Of a DNA stretch of 64,000 bases, positions 16,561 through 24,838 are shown piece after piece. The stretch is from Sulfolobales archaeon (GTDB taxonomy: Archaea > Thermoproteota > Thermoprotei_A > Sulfolobales > NBVN01), in the NCBI GenBank assembly GCA_038831135.1, contig JAWBKW010000001.1, positions 5,614 through 69,613 of the forward strand, in the 5' to 3' direction. How positions within the stretch are numbered: the first letter of the stretch is position 1; every line of letters starts with the position of its first letter. The notes below the pieces were generated by a model. The model did no database searches. It was given only the letters and a program-made list of their open reading frames with translations, and was not told the origin of the DNA. The position numbers were made by a program, and so were the translations under genes.

Positions 16561-18684
16561 TTAGTCTATCCAATCCCTTACCTCAAGTTTTTTAGGTATA
16601 TATTCATCCATTAAGAACTTAAGTCCTTTACTAGTGAGCGCCTCTATCTCTAATTTTGCTCCCTTATTCATGAATATGTCGATCTCGTTTTTCCATCTAG
16701 GTGTTTGGAACCATCTATAGTTTATTAGTTCTTTAGCTCTCTTTATGTCCCTATCCTTGGCTTTAATTATGTAGTTCCTTCTCTCAGACTCTGAGAGATA
16801 GGGACTCTTCTTGATGTTGGGACTTCCGAAAATATCTGAAGGCATTACACCTAGAAACCTAAGGCCAGGGGTAGCTAGCCTCTCACTCTCATACGATAGT
16901 GTTATAGAACCTATTTTGAAGACGCTGTAGATATACCATCCGTAAGGGTCGCTATTATGGTATATTACCCCGTAAGAACCTATGAAGGAATTACATTCTG
17001 GTACCATGAAATCATATACGTAACCAGTATAGTCCTCCTCCAAAATATCTATTACCTCAGCGAACGTTACATGGGTTGAAGGAATTTCCGTCAAATTAAG
17101 GCGTTTAATTGATGGGAGGCTTATCTTAATTAAATCCTTATATTCATCAACACCATATGGTAGTATACTTAATGAGAGTAAGATGTTAAATATTTGCTTA
17201 GCCCTAACTCTATCCTCTACGATAAGTACAGGGACCCCATCTTCATAACTTAAACATCCATAATTTTCAAATATTTTTTTAAGGAAGTCTACAGCACCCT
17301 CATCATACTTATATAGATTTACGTAATCACCCCTTAACACGTTACTTGCACTTGACGAAGTACTTACATCACTATATTGTAAGTATGTTTTACGGTCTAA
17401 AGCTTGTTTATTATAGCTAGATACCTCTATAGCTAACTTAGATACGCTTTCGGTTAGATATTCACCATCATCAACGTCTTGGTTAGTCAAGAAGTTAGGG
17501 GCTACCGCTAATGTTGGAATTTTCTCTATTGCAGTACTTGTCCTTAATATAGGTGGTAAATTCGAAGCAACTAATATATGATCACCTGGTCTTAGGCTCC
17601 GCGCCGGTAAGACAGCTATAACCCCATCCCTTAAGACGAAGAGAGAGTGACCTCCTGTGACTTTAACTGTTCCTCTATTATTAGTTCTTATCGATAATAC
17701 CTTATCATTTATCCAGTGTCTGTAGGCGTAACCTATCTTCCTCCACTCAATGTTTCCTGATATAGGGTCCCATGCAGGAACTTCTAGGTCTATGAAGATC
17801 CTCTCTTTCTCGCTGTTGCTAAAGTAATGACCTATTAATTCCTCCACAGGACCTACTCTAACTATGTCATTCTTTGGATCCTTAATTATTACAACTTCAT
17901 CTGCTGGTATGCTATCGGTTATTATGTAGGTTGGGAGGTTCAACTCATCACTTAATCTTCTAACGAATCTTCTGGTGGCTCTATCAGGTTGACCTGCACT
18001 AGTTATTAGAAGCGTTTTATACTTTCTCCAAAATCCTGCTCTATGGAGTTGTTGGAACACAGCATCTTTCTCGACGATTAATACATATTCAGCGTCTACG
18101 TCTAGGAATTCTATGAGGTCAGGTGTAGGCTCTATTGAGTAGGCCCCATGCCCCATCTTACTTAGGTCTATGACGTCATCTCCAGATCTTATCCTCATAT
18201 TACCAACGATCTTGCCCTTCTCCTTACTCAGTATTAGTAGCTCCTCCCTAAGGAGATTTATAAACACTTCAATGTCTCTAATAATTCCGTCGGATTCTTT
18301 CTGTTCATCCCACGTATTCTCGTTCTCGATTTTATTGCTAGCTGTGCGGTATCTTATGGTATGCTTACCTCTATAGAATAGGTCACGGATTGTTGGGTAC
18401 TCATTATTAATTAACGACTCATATATTATTCTGGCCATAACTACGGTTTGCATAAATTTCTTAGCTTCCCTAATATCTAAGAATGTTCTACTTAATGTTT
18501 CAGGACCTAATAGTAGGAGTTTCCTCTCTTCATCGTAAATCGTATTACTTAACGTCCTCTTCGGAAGTATTATAGTAGGACTCTCACCTTTAATGATCTG
18601 TTTAACAAGCTCCCTGAACTTCTCAACCATAACACTTACTGCTTTATCTCTTGCCCTTCTATCAACTGAAGAAATTAATTGCAT
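16561..18684 (-). CDS. top6A: DNA topoisomerase VI subunit A (Spo11 homolog), intein-containing precursor
   Basis: 707 aa. Catalytic Tyr motif TIRDLFYRG. Toprim region VLIVEKDAVFQQL...LLITSAGQPDRATRRFV...YIITD/SDPYGWYIYS is interrupted by a 320-aa insert. The extein totals 387 aa, normal for Top6A. It lies directly downstream of top6B. Confidence 0.9.
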   Translation of the reverse strand: MQLISSVDRRARDKAVSVMVEKFRELVKQIIKGESPTIILPKRTLSNTIYDEERKLLLLGPETLSRTFLDIREAKKFMQTVVMARIIYESLINNEYPTIRDLFYRGKHTIRYRTASNKIENENTWDEQKESDGIIRDIEVFINLLREELLILSKEKGKIVGNMRIRSGDDVIDLSKMGHGAYSIEPTPDLIEFLDVDAEYVLIVEKDAVFQQLHRAGFWRKYKTLLITSAGQPDRATRRFVRRLSDELNLPTYIITDSIPADEVVIIKDPKNDIVRVGPVEELIGHYFSNSEKERIFIDLEVPAWDPISGNIEWRKIGYAYRHWINDKVLSIRTNNRGTVKVTGGHSLFVLRDGVIAVLPARSLRPGDHILVASNLPPILRTSTAIEKIPTLAVAPNFLTNQDVDDGEYLTESVSKLAIEVSSYNKQALDRKTYLQYSDVSTSSSASNVLRGDYVNLYKYDEGAVDFLKKIFENYGCLSYEDGVPVLIVEDRVRAKQIFNILLSLSILPYGVDEYKDLIKISLPSIKRLNLTEIPSTHVTFAEVIDILEEDYTGYVYDFMVPECNSFIGSYGVIYHNSDPYGWYIYSVFKIGSITLSYESERLATPGLRFLGVMPSDIFGSPNIKKSPYLSESERRNYIIKAKDRDIKRAKELINYRWFQTPRWKNEIDIFMNKGAKLEIEALTSKGLKFLMDEYIPKKLEVRDWID
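16954..17913 (-). mobile_element. Intein (aa 258-577 of Top6A), Ser1 / Ser+1, in the Toprim DxD motif
   Basis: N-terminal splice block SIPADEVVIIKD. Block B is KVTGGHSLFVL (TxxH) and block F is YVYDFMVPECNSFIG. Block G is GVIYHN followed by S. Removing the insert joins YIITD to SDPYGW. The central region has only a degenerate LAGLIDADG-like motif (FLKKIFENYGCLSYEDG). Confidence 0.8.
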
Positions 18685-18692
18685 GAGATCAC

Positions 18693-20291
18693 CTACTCAA
18701 CACTTAAAACGACGTCATTGACTCCCTTAACTTTAATATTCTTGAATTTCTTAAGGATTAGACCCATTAATAGCTCAGATATAGATTCATGAGATGTTTC
18801 ATTAGTAATTCTGGCTAGTGATGTAGCCACGTCCGGTATATACTTAATAATATTGATAGCTTTCTCAATCTCCTCAACCTCCCTACGTCTCTTAACAATG
18901 TATAACTTCAACTCACGTGCTACATCCCTGATACAGCTTTCAACCTCTTTCTCAACTTCAGGTACGTCAGCAATACTTTCCTTACCAACACCCTTATACG
19001 GTACTTTAGTACTACATATATGGACTAGAATGACTAGCGGTGCTGGCCACTTAACTTCATAGACATCCCATTTTATGATTCCGTTCTTGGGCTCAATTAC
19101 TTTCCATACAACGTCGGAACTTTCATCATAAAGTAATGGGATCTTGTTAGCGAATCTTAGCAGTAGAGGCTCTTCAGACGGCGGTATATCACCTCCATAA
19201 GCTATACCAGCTTCAACGATAAATGGATGTCCTTCATAGACTTTCGCTTTACGTGTCCTGGCTGCCACGAATTCCGGCTTCAATATAACCTTCAAACCTG
19301 TCTTTATGATTTCCTCACCTAGGTATGAGAGGTGGTCAGCCCTCGGCGGTTTGAAGTTATTGTATTCTTTTAAGGTCTTAACAAGCGTTTCTATCTCTTC
19401 GTTAGTTAAGTTCTTAGGATCTTTTAGTGGATCTATCTTAACTATTTCTGTTATGGTGTTCGCAGTTATCTCACCTATTCCTTGAAATTCTCTAATTAGG
19501 AAGTCTTTAAGGGTTTTAGTATTTGTTGATTGTATTAACATCTTAAATAACTCTATATCGACTCCTTGCGGGTGCGGTTTAACTTCACGCGGTGGTTTAG
19601 GCATTAATGTAGTGCTTCTCTCAAAATAAATTAAGTTATTTGACGGATCTTTAAATATTATTGAGGCGTAAGGAGCTATTATGGCGGTTCGTTTTAGGTA
19701 CTCATATATCTTCGGTTTAGCCCTATTCCAATCACCTTCTATAAATAACTTAACTATGGTTCCATGCCAATCACTTTCCTTTCTGAAGGAAGCCCTATAG
19801 AGGATTATTGGTTTATTTTCCTTAATGTCAATAAGTAACCTGAACGCGTAGATCCTCGATGAGTTTATTGTCGAGGAAATCACCTCTACAGGCTTACCGG
19901 TTGTTAATTGCCCATAAAGTACAGCCATCTTAGCGCCAAGCCCGAACATACCCCTAGTCTGTCGAAGCACGTACTTAGAGCTATATAGTAATTGAGCAAA
20001 CGCTTGAGGTACGTTGTCTGGCGGTATACCTATTCCGTTATCTTCTACACTAACTAGGTAAACATCAGGTCTCTCAGGCATAACATCAGAGTCTATAGAT
20101 ACTTTAATAACTGGTAATATACCATGAGAGTCTGCAGCGTCGAGGGCGTTTTCAACTAGTTCTCTAACTGCTTGGTAAATAGCTCTTACAGGGTTTGAGA
20201 AGCCTGCAATCTCTTTATTACGGTAGAAAAATTCAGCAGCACTTAAGCTCCTAAACTTCTCATTGCTTGAGATACTCATACTTACTATCAC
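18693..20291 (-). CDS. top6B: DNA topoisomerase VI subunit B (GHKL ATPase)
   Basis: 532 aa. Bergerat-fold N box ELVENALDA, G1 box DNGIGIP and G2-like GMFGLGAKM. It lies 8 nt upstream of top6A. Confidence 0.9.
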   Translation of the reverse strand: MIVSMSISSNEKFRSLSAAEFFYRNKEIAGFSNPVRAIYQAVRELVENALDAADSHGILPVIKVSIDSDVMPERPDVYLVSVEDNGIGIPPDNVPQAFAQLLYSSKYVLRQTRGMFGLGAKMAVLYGQLTTGKPVEVISSTINSSRIYAFRLLIDIKENKPIILYRASFRKESDWHGTIVKLFIEGDWNRAKPKIYEYLKRTAIIAPYASIIFKDPSNNLIYFERSTTLMPKPPREVKPHPQGVDIELFKMLIQSTNTKTLKDFLIREFQGIGEITANTITEIVKIDPLKDPKNLTNEEIETLVKTLKEYNNFKPPRADHLSYLGEEIIKTGLKVILKPEFVAARTRKAKVYEGHPFIVEAGIAYGGDIPPSEEPLLLRFANKIPLLYDESSDVVWKVIEPKNGIIKWDVYEVKWPAPLVILVHICSTKVPYKGVGKESIADVPEVEKEVESCIRDVARELKLYIVKRRREVEEIEKAINIIKYIPDVATSLARITNETSHESISELLMGLILKKFKNIKVKGVNDVVLSVE

Positions 20292-20367
20292 GCACCATAT
20301 GATTATTTATCTTAAGTAAATCTTTTAAGGTCGAAGCCTTAACGTCCTAAGTAAAGTAACCATAAAA

Positions 20368-20655
20368 TTATTTAAATATGACTAAGCTAGTACCAAGTAA
20401 TTGCCCAGGTATGTTCTTGCTCATACGAACTACTACTATATTATTTTTCCGGCTGTGAGCCCTGACTATCTTACCTCTATACTCATTACCTTTTTCATCC
20501 CTTATCAATACCCTACATCCAATTAAGGAGTCTACTTTGGGGAACTCACTGCCTACAACCTTAACTAGTAAGTAATTATTAAGCTGTTTAGCCTTACCCA
20601 TCTTATAATTTAAAGCGATGCCTTGACCGATAGGATTCATTGATTGTTCACTCAC
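20368..20655 (-). CDS. rpl35ae: 50S ribosomal protein L35Ae (eL33)
   Basis: 95 aa. LIGCRVLIRDEKGNEYRGKIVRAHSRKNNIVVVRMSKNIPGQLLGTSLVI matches the L35Ae pattern (LIG..V......G.I.R.HG..G.v.arf...lPGq.lG). Confidence 0.8.
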   Translation of the reverse strand: MSEQSMNPIGQGIALNYKMGKAKQLNNYLLVKVVGSEFPKVDSLIGCRVLIRDEKGNEYRGKIVRAHSRKNNIVVVRMSKNIPGQLLGTSLVIFK

Positions 20656-20764
20656 CTTCCTCAGCCCCTAAGCTAATAAATTAGTAAGGTTTAAAAGCTT
20701 GTAGAGCTTTACTTATAAGTCACATATTACACTTTAACTATTAGGAACTTGAGGAACGAAGTAA

Positions 20765-21262
20765 ATGAAGTTCATCGCTGATTCGATGCTGGGTAACTTA
20801 GCTAGGTGGCTTCGATTACTTGGTTACGATACCCTATACTTTCGAAACATTGAGGACTGGAAATTACTTAACTTAGCTAGGGATGAAGGTAGAATACTAC
20901 TAACTAAAGATCTAGGGCTTTATAGGAAATCGATTAAGAGAGGCATTACATCGATTTATATAGAGTCTTCAGATATTGCTGAGTCCTTAGCGTTAATCTC
21001 AAGGAAGTTAGGTATTAAGTTAAGGTTTGATGGAAGCAACACTAGGTGCCCTCTTTGCAATACTTTACTAGTTAATATCCCGAAGGCGGAGGCCTTACAT
21101 TTAATACCTCCAGAAATTTGTAGGAAGTACGACAATTTCTGGCGATGCCCTAGGTGCTTTAAGGTATTTTGGCAAGGAAATCATTGGGACACCATTGGAA
21201 AAATAATCGATGAAGCAAATAATTTAGTGAAGAGTAGTATAGTTGGTGGTGGTAATGGCTAA
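20765..21262 (+). CDS. Mut7-C/DUF82 PIN-like RNase domain protein with C-terminal zinc ribbon
   Basis: 165 aa. N-terminus MKFIADSMLGNLARWLRLLGYDT. C-terminal CPLCN...CPRC. Confidence 0.7.
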   Translation: MKFIADSMLGNLARWLRLLGYDTLYFRNIEDWKLLNLARDEGRILLTKDLGLYRKSIKRGITSIYIESSDIAESLALISRKLGIKLRFDGSNTRCPLCNTLLVNIPKAEALHLIPPEICRKYDNFWRCPRCFKVFWQGNHWDTIGKIIDEANNLVKSSIVGGGNG

Positions 21263-21929
21263 TGAGTATATAGAACCAAATGATCTAAGCATAGATGAAG
21301 GTGTTTTTCTGGTTAAGCTTGCTAGGGAGGCGGTTGAGAGGTATTTAAAAAATGGTGATGTTTTAAGACCTCCACCTAATACTCCGTCAAATTTATTACT
21401 TAAAGGTATGTCCTTCGTAACCATACGGAAGTTAGTACTAAATAACTACGAATTACGGGGATGTATCGGTTATTTACAGCCTATTGAACCGCTTGCAAGT
21501 AACGTAATTAATGCAGCGATAGCGGCGGCAGTAGAAGATCCTAGGTTCAATCCTATGAGCGAGGATGAACTGAGTAACGTCATATTTGAGGTCTCGGTGC
21601 TTTCAATACCTAAAACATTAACAAGCAAGGGTTGGGAAATACTTAACGAGATTAAAGTAGGCATTGATGGATTAGTGGTAGAGCATGGGATTAATAAAGG
21701 TTTACTCCTTCCTGAAGTACCAGCGGAGTATTGTTGGGATAGTGAGACCTTCATAAGTGAGACTTGTCTAAAGGCGGGGTTACCTCCTGACTGTTGGTTA
21801 CATCCGAGGGTTAGAATACAAAGATTTAGTGCGGCAGTATTCAAGGAGTTAAGACCGTGTGGTGATGTAGTAAAGGTGGACTTGCTAAGTGAGTTTAGAC
21901 GTAATTGCAGTCATATACTCAGTCCTTAG
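21255..21929 (+). CDS. AMMECR1-domain protein
   Basis: Signature LRGCIGY and a conserved DPRF segment. ATG at 21255 (MANEYIE); the track start at 21243 is in frame. It overlaps the upstream gene end. Confidence 0.8.
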   Translation: MANEYIEPNDLSIDEGVFLVKLAREAVERYLKNGDVLRPPPNTPSNLLLKGMSFVTIRKLVLNNYELRGCIGYLQPIEPLASNVINAAIAAAVEDPRFNPMSEDELSNVIFEVSVLSIPKTLTSKGWEILNEIKVGIDGLVVEHGINKGLLLPEVPAEYCWDSETFISETCLKAGLPPDCWLHPRVRIQRFSAAVFKELRPCGDVVKVDLLSEFRRNCSHILSP

Positions 21930-22035
21930 GACGAATATAGTGATACCTAAGTTAAAGCTTTGATAATAAAGCACTTTAATGAAGTAAATAAACTTATAAT
22001 TATTTCGGTTGGAGTTAGTTTAGGTAAGTCGATTT

Positions 22036-22659
22036 ATGAGGGTTAAGCTCTTAACATGTAATCAACTAAACGGTAGTGTCAAAGCGTTAGTTATGTTGGG
22101 ATTTAAAATCTCATCAGGTAAAGTTAAGGAGAAGGGTATCGATTATTACTTAAGGGAGTATTCTGAGGACTTAAGTAATTGGGTTCTGGAAGGTGTTAAA
22201 TATCCATCAGTCCTTGAACATGTTGTATTCACATTCTACATTGAGGGAATTTCAAGGGTTACAAGCCATCAATTAATTAGACATAGATTAGCCTCCTACA
22301 CTCAGGAATCTCAGAGATACTCAGCTATAGGTAAGGACTACATAATACCTGAGACCGTAACCAAGGCAGGATTTAGTGAAAGATATAAACGGTTTATGGA
22401 AGAGGCTTTCAAATTATATGATGAATTAGTTAATGCAGGGATTCCTTACGAGGACGCTAGGTACGTACTACCGCAGGCAGTTACTACTAGGCTTATAATG
22501 ACCTTAAACCTTAGGGAATTGCTGCACATAGCGTGTTTAAGACTTTCTGGTAGTGCTCAATGGGAGATAAGGGAGTTAGTGCATAATATGATTGTTGAGG
22601 TTAAGAAGGTGTTGCCTGAAATTAATAAGTTAATTGAGGGATATTGTAGGGAGGCGTAG
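22036..22659 (+). CDS. thyX: FAD-dependent thymidylate synthase ThyX
   Basis: 207 aa. ThyX motif RHRLASYTQESQRY (RHRxxSxxxxSxRY). Confidence 0.85.
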   Translation: MRVKLLTCNQLNGSVKALVMLGFKISSGKVKEKGIDYYLREYSEDLSNWVLEGVKYPSVLEHVVFTFYIEGISRVTSHQLIRHRLASYTQESQRYSAIGKDYIIPETVTKAGFSERYKRFMEEAFKLYDELVNAGIPYEDARYVLPQAVTTRLIMTLNLRELLHIACLRLSGSAQWEIRELVHNMIVEVKKVLPEINKLIEGYCREA

Positions 22660-22663
22660 AGAA

Positions 22664-23188
22664 ATGATACTCTCAGACTTCGATCTTAGGGCTTACCTCA
22701 GTTCCGGTAGGTTAAAAATAGATCCGTTTTCTGAGGAAATAGTTAGGGAGAACGGTGTTGATCTGAGGCTAGGGAGTAATTACTGTATGATTGTTGAGTC
22801 GAATGAGGCTTTCGATATATTAGGTCATGATGATCTAAGCAAATACTACGAGTGTGGTGAATCTGAGCAGTTCGTGTTAAAACCAAATAAACGTTATCTA
22901 CTTCACACACTTGAATACGTAGCGCTCCCGCCTGAACTAATGGGTTTTGTAGAACTTAGATCTACGTTTGCTAGGTTAGGGCTCATGATACCTCCAACAA
23001 TCATTGATGGTGGTTTCGAAGGACAGATAACTATTGAGGTGCTCTCAACTTCATTTCCAATTACTTTAAGGGCTGGAGTTAGATTCTTACATGTGGTGTT
23101 CTCGAAACTGACTACACCGGTTAGCAAACCGTATAAGGGTAAATACCAATGTCAGAAAGGAGTGAGGCTACCAATACTAAAAGATTGA
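22664..23188 (+). CDS. dcd: dCTP deaminase (dUTPase-fold)
   Basis: 174 aa from the ATG at 22664 (MILSDFDLRAYL...IDPF...GVDLRLG), preceded by GGGAGG. The track ORF begins at an upstream TTG inside thyX. Confidence 0.85.
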   Translation: MILSDFDLRAYLSSGRLKIDPFSEEIVRENGVDLRLGSNYCMIVESNEAFDILGHDDLSKYYECGESEQFVLKPNKRYLLHTLEYVALPPELMGFVELRSTFARLGLMIPPTIIDGGFEGQITIEVLSTSFPITLRAGVRFLHVVFSKLTTPVSKPYKGKYQCQKGVRLPILKD

Positions 23189-23189
23189 A

Positions 23190-23250
23190 AGAATCAGTGG
23201 GCTCCTAAGTCTTCATTTATTTATCCGTGACCGCCACACTCATCACTTAA
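23190..23250 (-). ncRNA. C/D box sRNA candidate (2'-O-methylation guide)
   Basis: Read on the minus strand: C box GTGATGA (23246-23240), 12-nt spacer GTGTGGCGGTCA, D' CGGA, 7-nt linker. Then C' ATGAAGA, 12-nt spacer CTTAGGAGCCCA and D box CTGA (23197-23194). Both guide spacers are exactly 12 nt. It is intergenic. The RNA ends are approximate. Confidence 0.55.
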
Positions 23251-23342
23251 GGGACACTCCAAAATCATTAAATTAAACATATATTTAATTCTAAATGAAT
23301 TTCAATTCAATTATATTCTAATAGCGATAATATTAATACTGT

Positions 23343-23549
23343 TTAAGTTGTTAGGATTTTACTGACTACTTCGGTAGGTAGGTCAGCGGCCCTAACGACC
23401 TTAGCTGTTTTAGGCGGTTTTTTAACACATACACGTAAAGGAACATATCTTGCTGGGTTATCCTCAGCTTTGCTCTTGAGAACTCTAACCTTAATATATT
23501 TATCCTTACCTATCTCAATGTATAGATATTTTTCTTTCTTTAGGCCCAT
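23343..23549 (-). CDS. Hypothetical small basic protein (68 aa)
   Basis: ORF only. Lys/Arg-rich with no recognised motif. Confidence 0.35.
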   Translation of the reverse strand: MGLKKEKYLYIEIGKDKYIKVRVLKSKAEDNPARYVPLRVCVKKPPKTAKVVRAADLPTEVVSKILTT

Positions 23550-23630
23550 AATCCCAACCTACTAACTTAGTCTTCTTCAGCTTTAAAAGTATTTTATCTT
23601 TTTAATGATTAACTATGTGGTTGGTGGTGA

Positions 23631-24284
23631 TTGGATAATAAAGAGTCCTTATGGTCTGAGATAGTTAGTAGAGTCTCTGAGTGTTCTAGATGCGTGCTTC
23701 ATAAGTATAGAACCAAGCCTGTACCTGGTGAGGGGTCACTTAATAGTAAATTAATGTTTATAGGTGAGGCACCAGGCCAGAAAGAGGATGAGGAGGGTAG
23801 ACCATTTGTTGGATCAGCTGGTAAATTATTAACGGAGATGCTTGAGAGTAGAGGCATTAATAGATCTGAGGTATTTATAACTAATGTTGTTAGATGTAGA
23901 CCTCCTAATAATAGGGAACCCGCTGACGATGAGATTAAGGCATGTAGTGAATTCACCATATCAATTATCAAATTAGTAAGTCCTAAAATATTAGTTACTT
24001 TAGGGAACCATGCTGGTAGATTTATTTCTGGTCTGGCAGGTATAAAATGGGTTGGTGTTAGTAGGATGCGTGGTAAGTGGTTTAAGGCTGACTTATTAGG
24101 TCTTAAAGACATGTACATATTTCCGACTTACCATCCAGCAACAGCACTTTACAACCCAAATATCAGGTCAGTGATAGAGTCAGACTTCAACGCAATTAAG
24201 GACTTATATGATGTTATTTCTAAAAACATATCTAGTAGGAAGCCTCCAACGCTGTTGGACTTTATTAGAGGTGGGAGTTATTAG
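23631..24284 (+). CDS. udg: Uracil-DNA glycosylase, family 4 (Fe-S type)
   Basis: 217 aa with a TTG start. Motif A is GEAPGQKEDEEGRPFVGSAGKLL and motif B is YHPATALYNP. N-terminal Cys pair CSRC plus later Cys residues fit a 4Fe-4S cluster. Confidence 0.85.
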   Translation: MDNKESLWSEIVSRVSECSRCVLHKYRTKPVPGEGSLNSKLMFIGEAPGQKEDEEGRPFVGSAGKLLTEMLESRGINRSEVFITNVVRCRPPNNREPADDEIKACSEFTISIIKLVSPKILVTLGNHAGRFISGLAGIKWVGVSRMRGKWFKADLLGLKDMYIFPTYHPATALYNPNIRSVIESDFNAIKDLYDVISKNISSRKPPTLLDFIRGGSY

Positions 24285-24747
24285 CCTGAAATACAGTTAT
24301 GAAGAGTTAAGGAGGGTAATAGAAGAAAAAGTTAAGGAATTGAGGAAGGAGTTAGAGGTTTACGAATCGATATTAAAGGTTTTGGAGAGGTTTAGCAAGA
24401 CTCCCGAGAAAGTCAATGATAAAAAGTTTAAGGAAGAAGTAATCACTCTAAAGGACAGTGAAGACAATATAGTTGCGACTATAACTGTAACCCCAAATAA
24501 AGTTAAGGTCGTCCCTCTAATTAAAATAGATAGTGAGCATAGACTTGTTAAGTCGTATTTAGTTAAATTTTTGGAAGAGAAAAAGACATCATCGATAGGT
24601 AGGGTTTCTAGGTATGAAATCAAGGATGCGGATGGTTACGTATCTGAGATAATTATAGAGGGTAATTTCAACGAGTATTTCACGGTAGAGTTAGAGGCTG
24701 CCTTAATGTATATAATAAATTCTATACCTAAGGAATCCTCAGATTAA
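24271..24747 (+). CDS. Hypothetical protein (N-terminal coiled coil, C-terminal beta domain)
   Basis: The ORF track gives 24208..24747. An in-frame GTG at 24271 overlaps the UDG stop by 14 nt and is my preferred start. No motif recognised. Confidence 0.4.
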   Translation: MGVISLKYSYEELRRVIEEKVKELRKELEVYESILKVLERFSKTPEKVNDKKFKEEVITLKDSEDNIVATITVTPNKVKVVPLIKIDSEHRLVKSYLVKFLEEKKTSSIGRVSRYEIKDADGYVSEIIIEGNFNEYFTVELEAALMYIINSIPKESSD

Positions 24748-24838
24748 CTCTGAGCAGACATCTAGGTCTTCTTGCCGGTTTTCATCATCAGGTTATTTAT
24801 CCTTAAATCACTTAAATTTTTAATTTAATTAGCAAAGT

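Noticed and set aside
24748-24838. TGATGATGA motif (minus strand) upstream of the ligase gene as an sRNA C box
   Set aside because: The nearest CTGA is not at a 12-nt guide distance from any C'-like box, so the architecture does not close.
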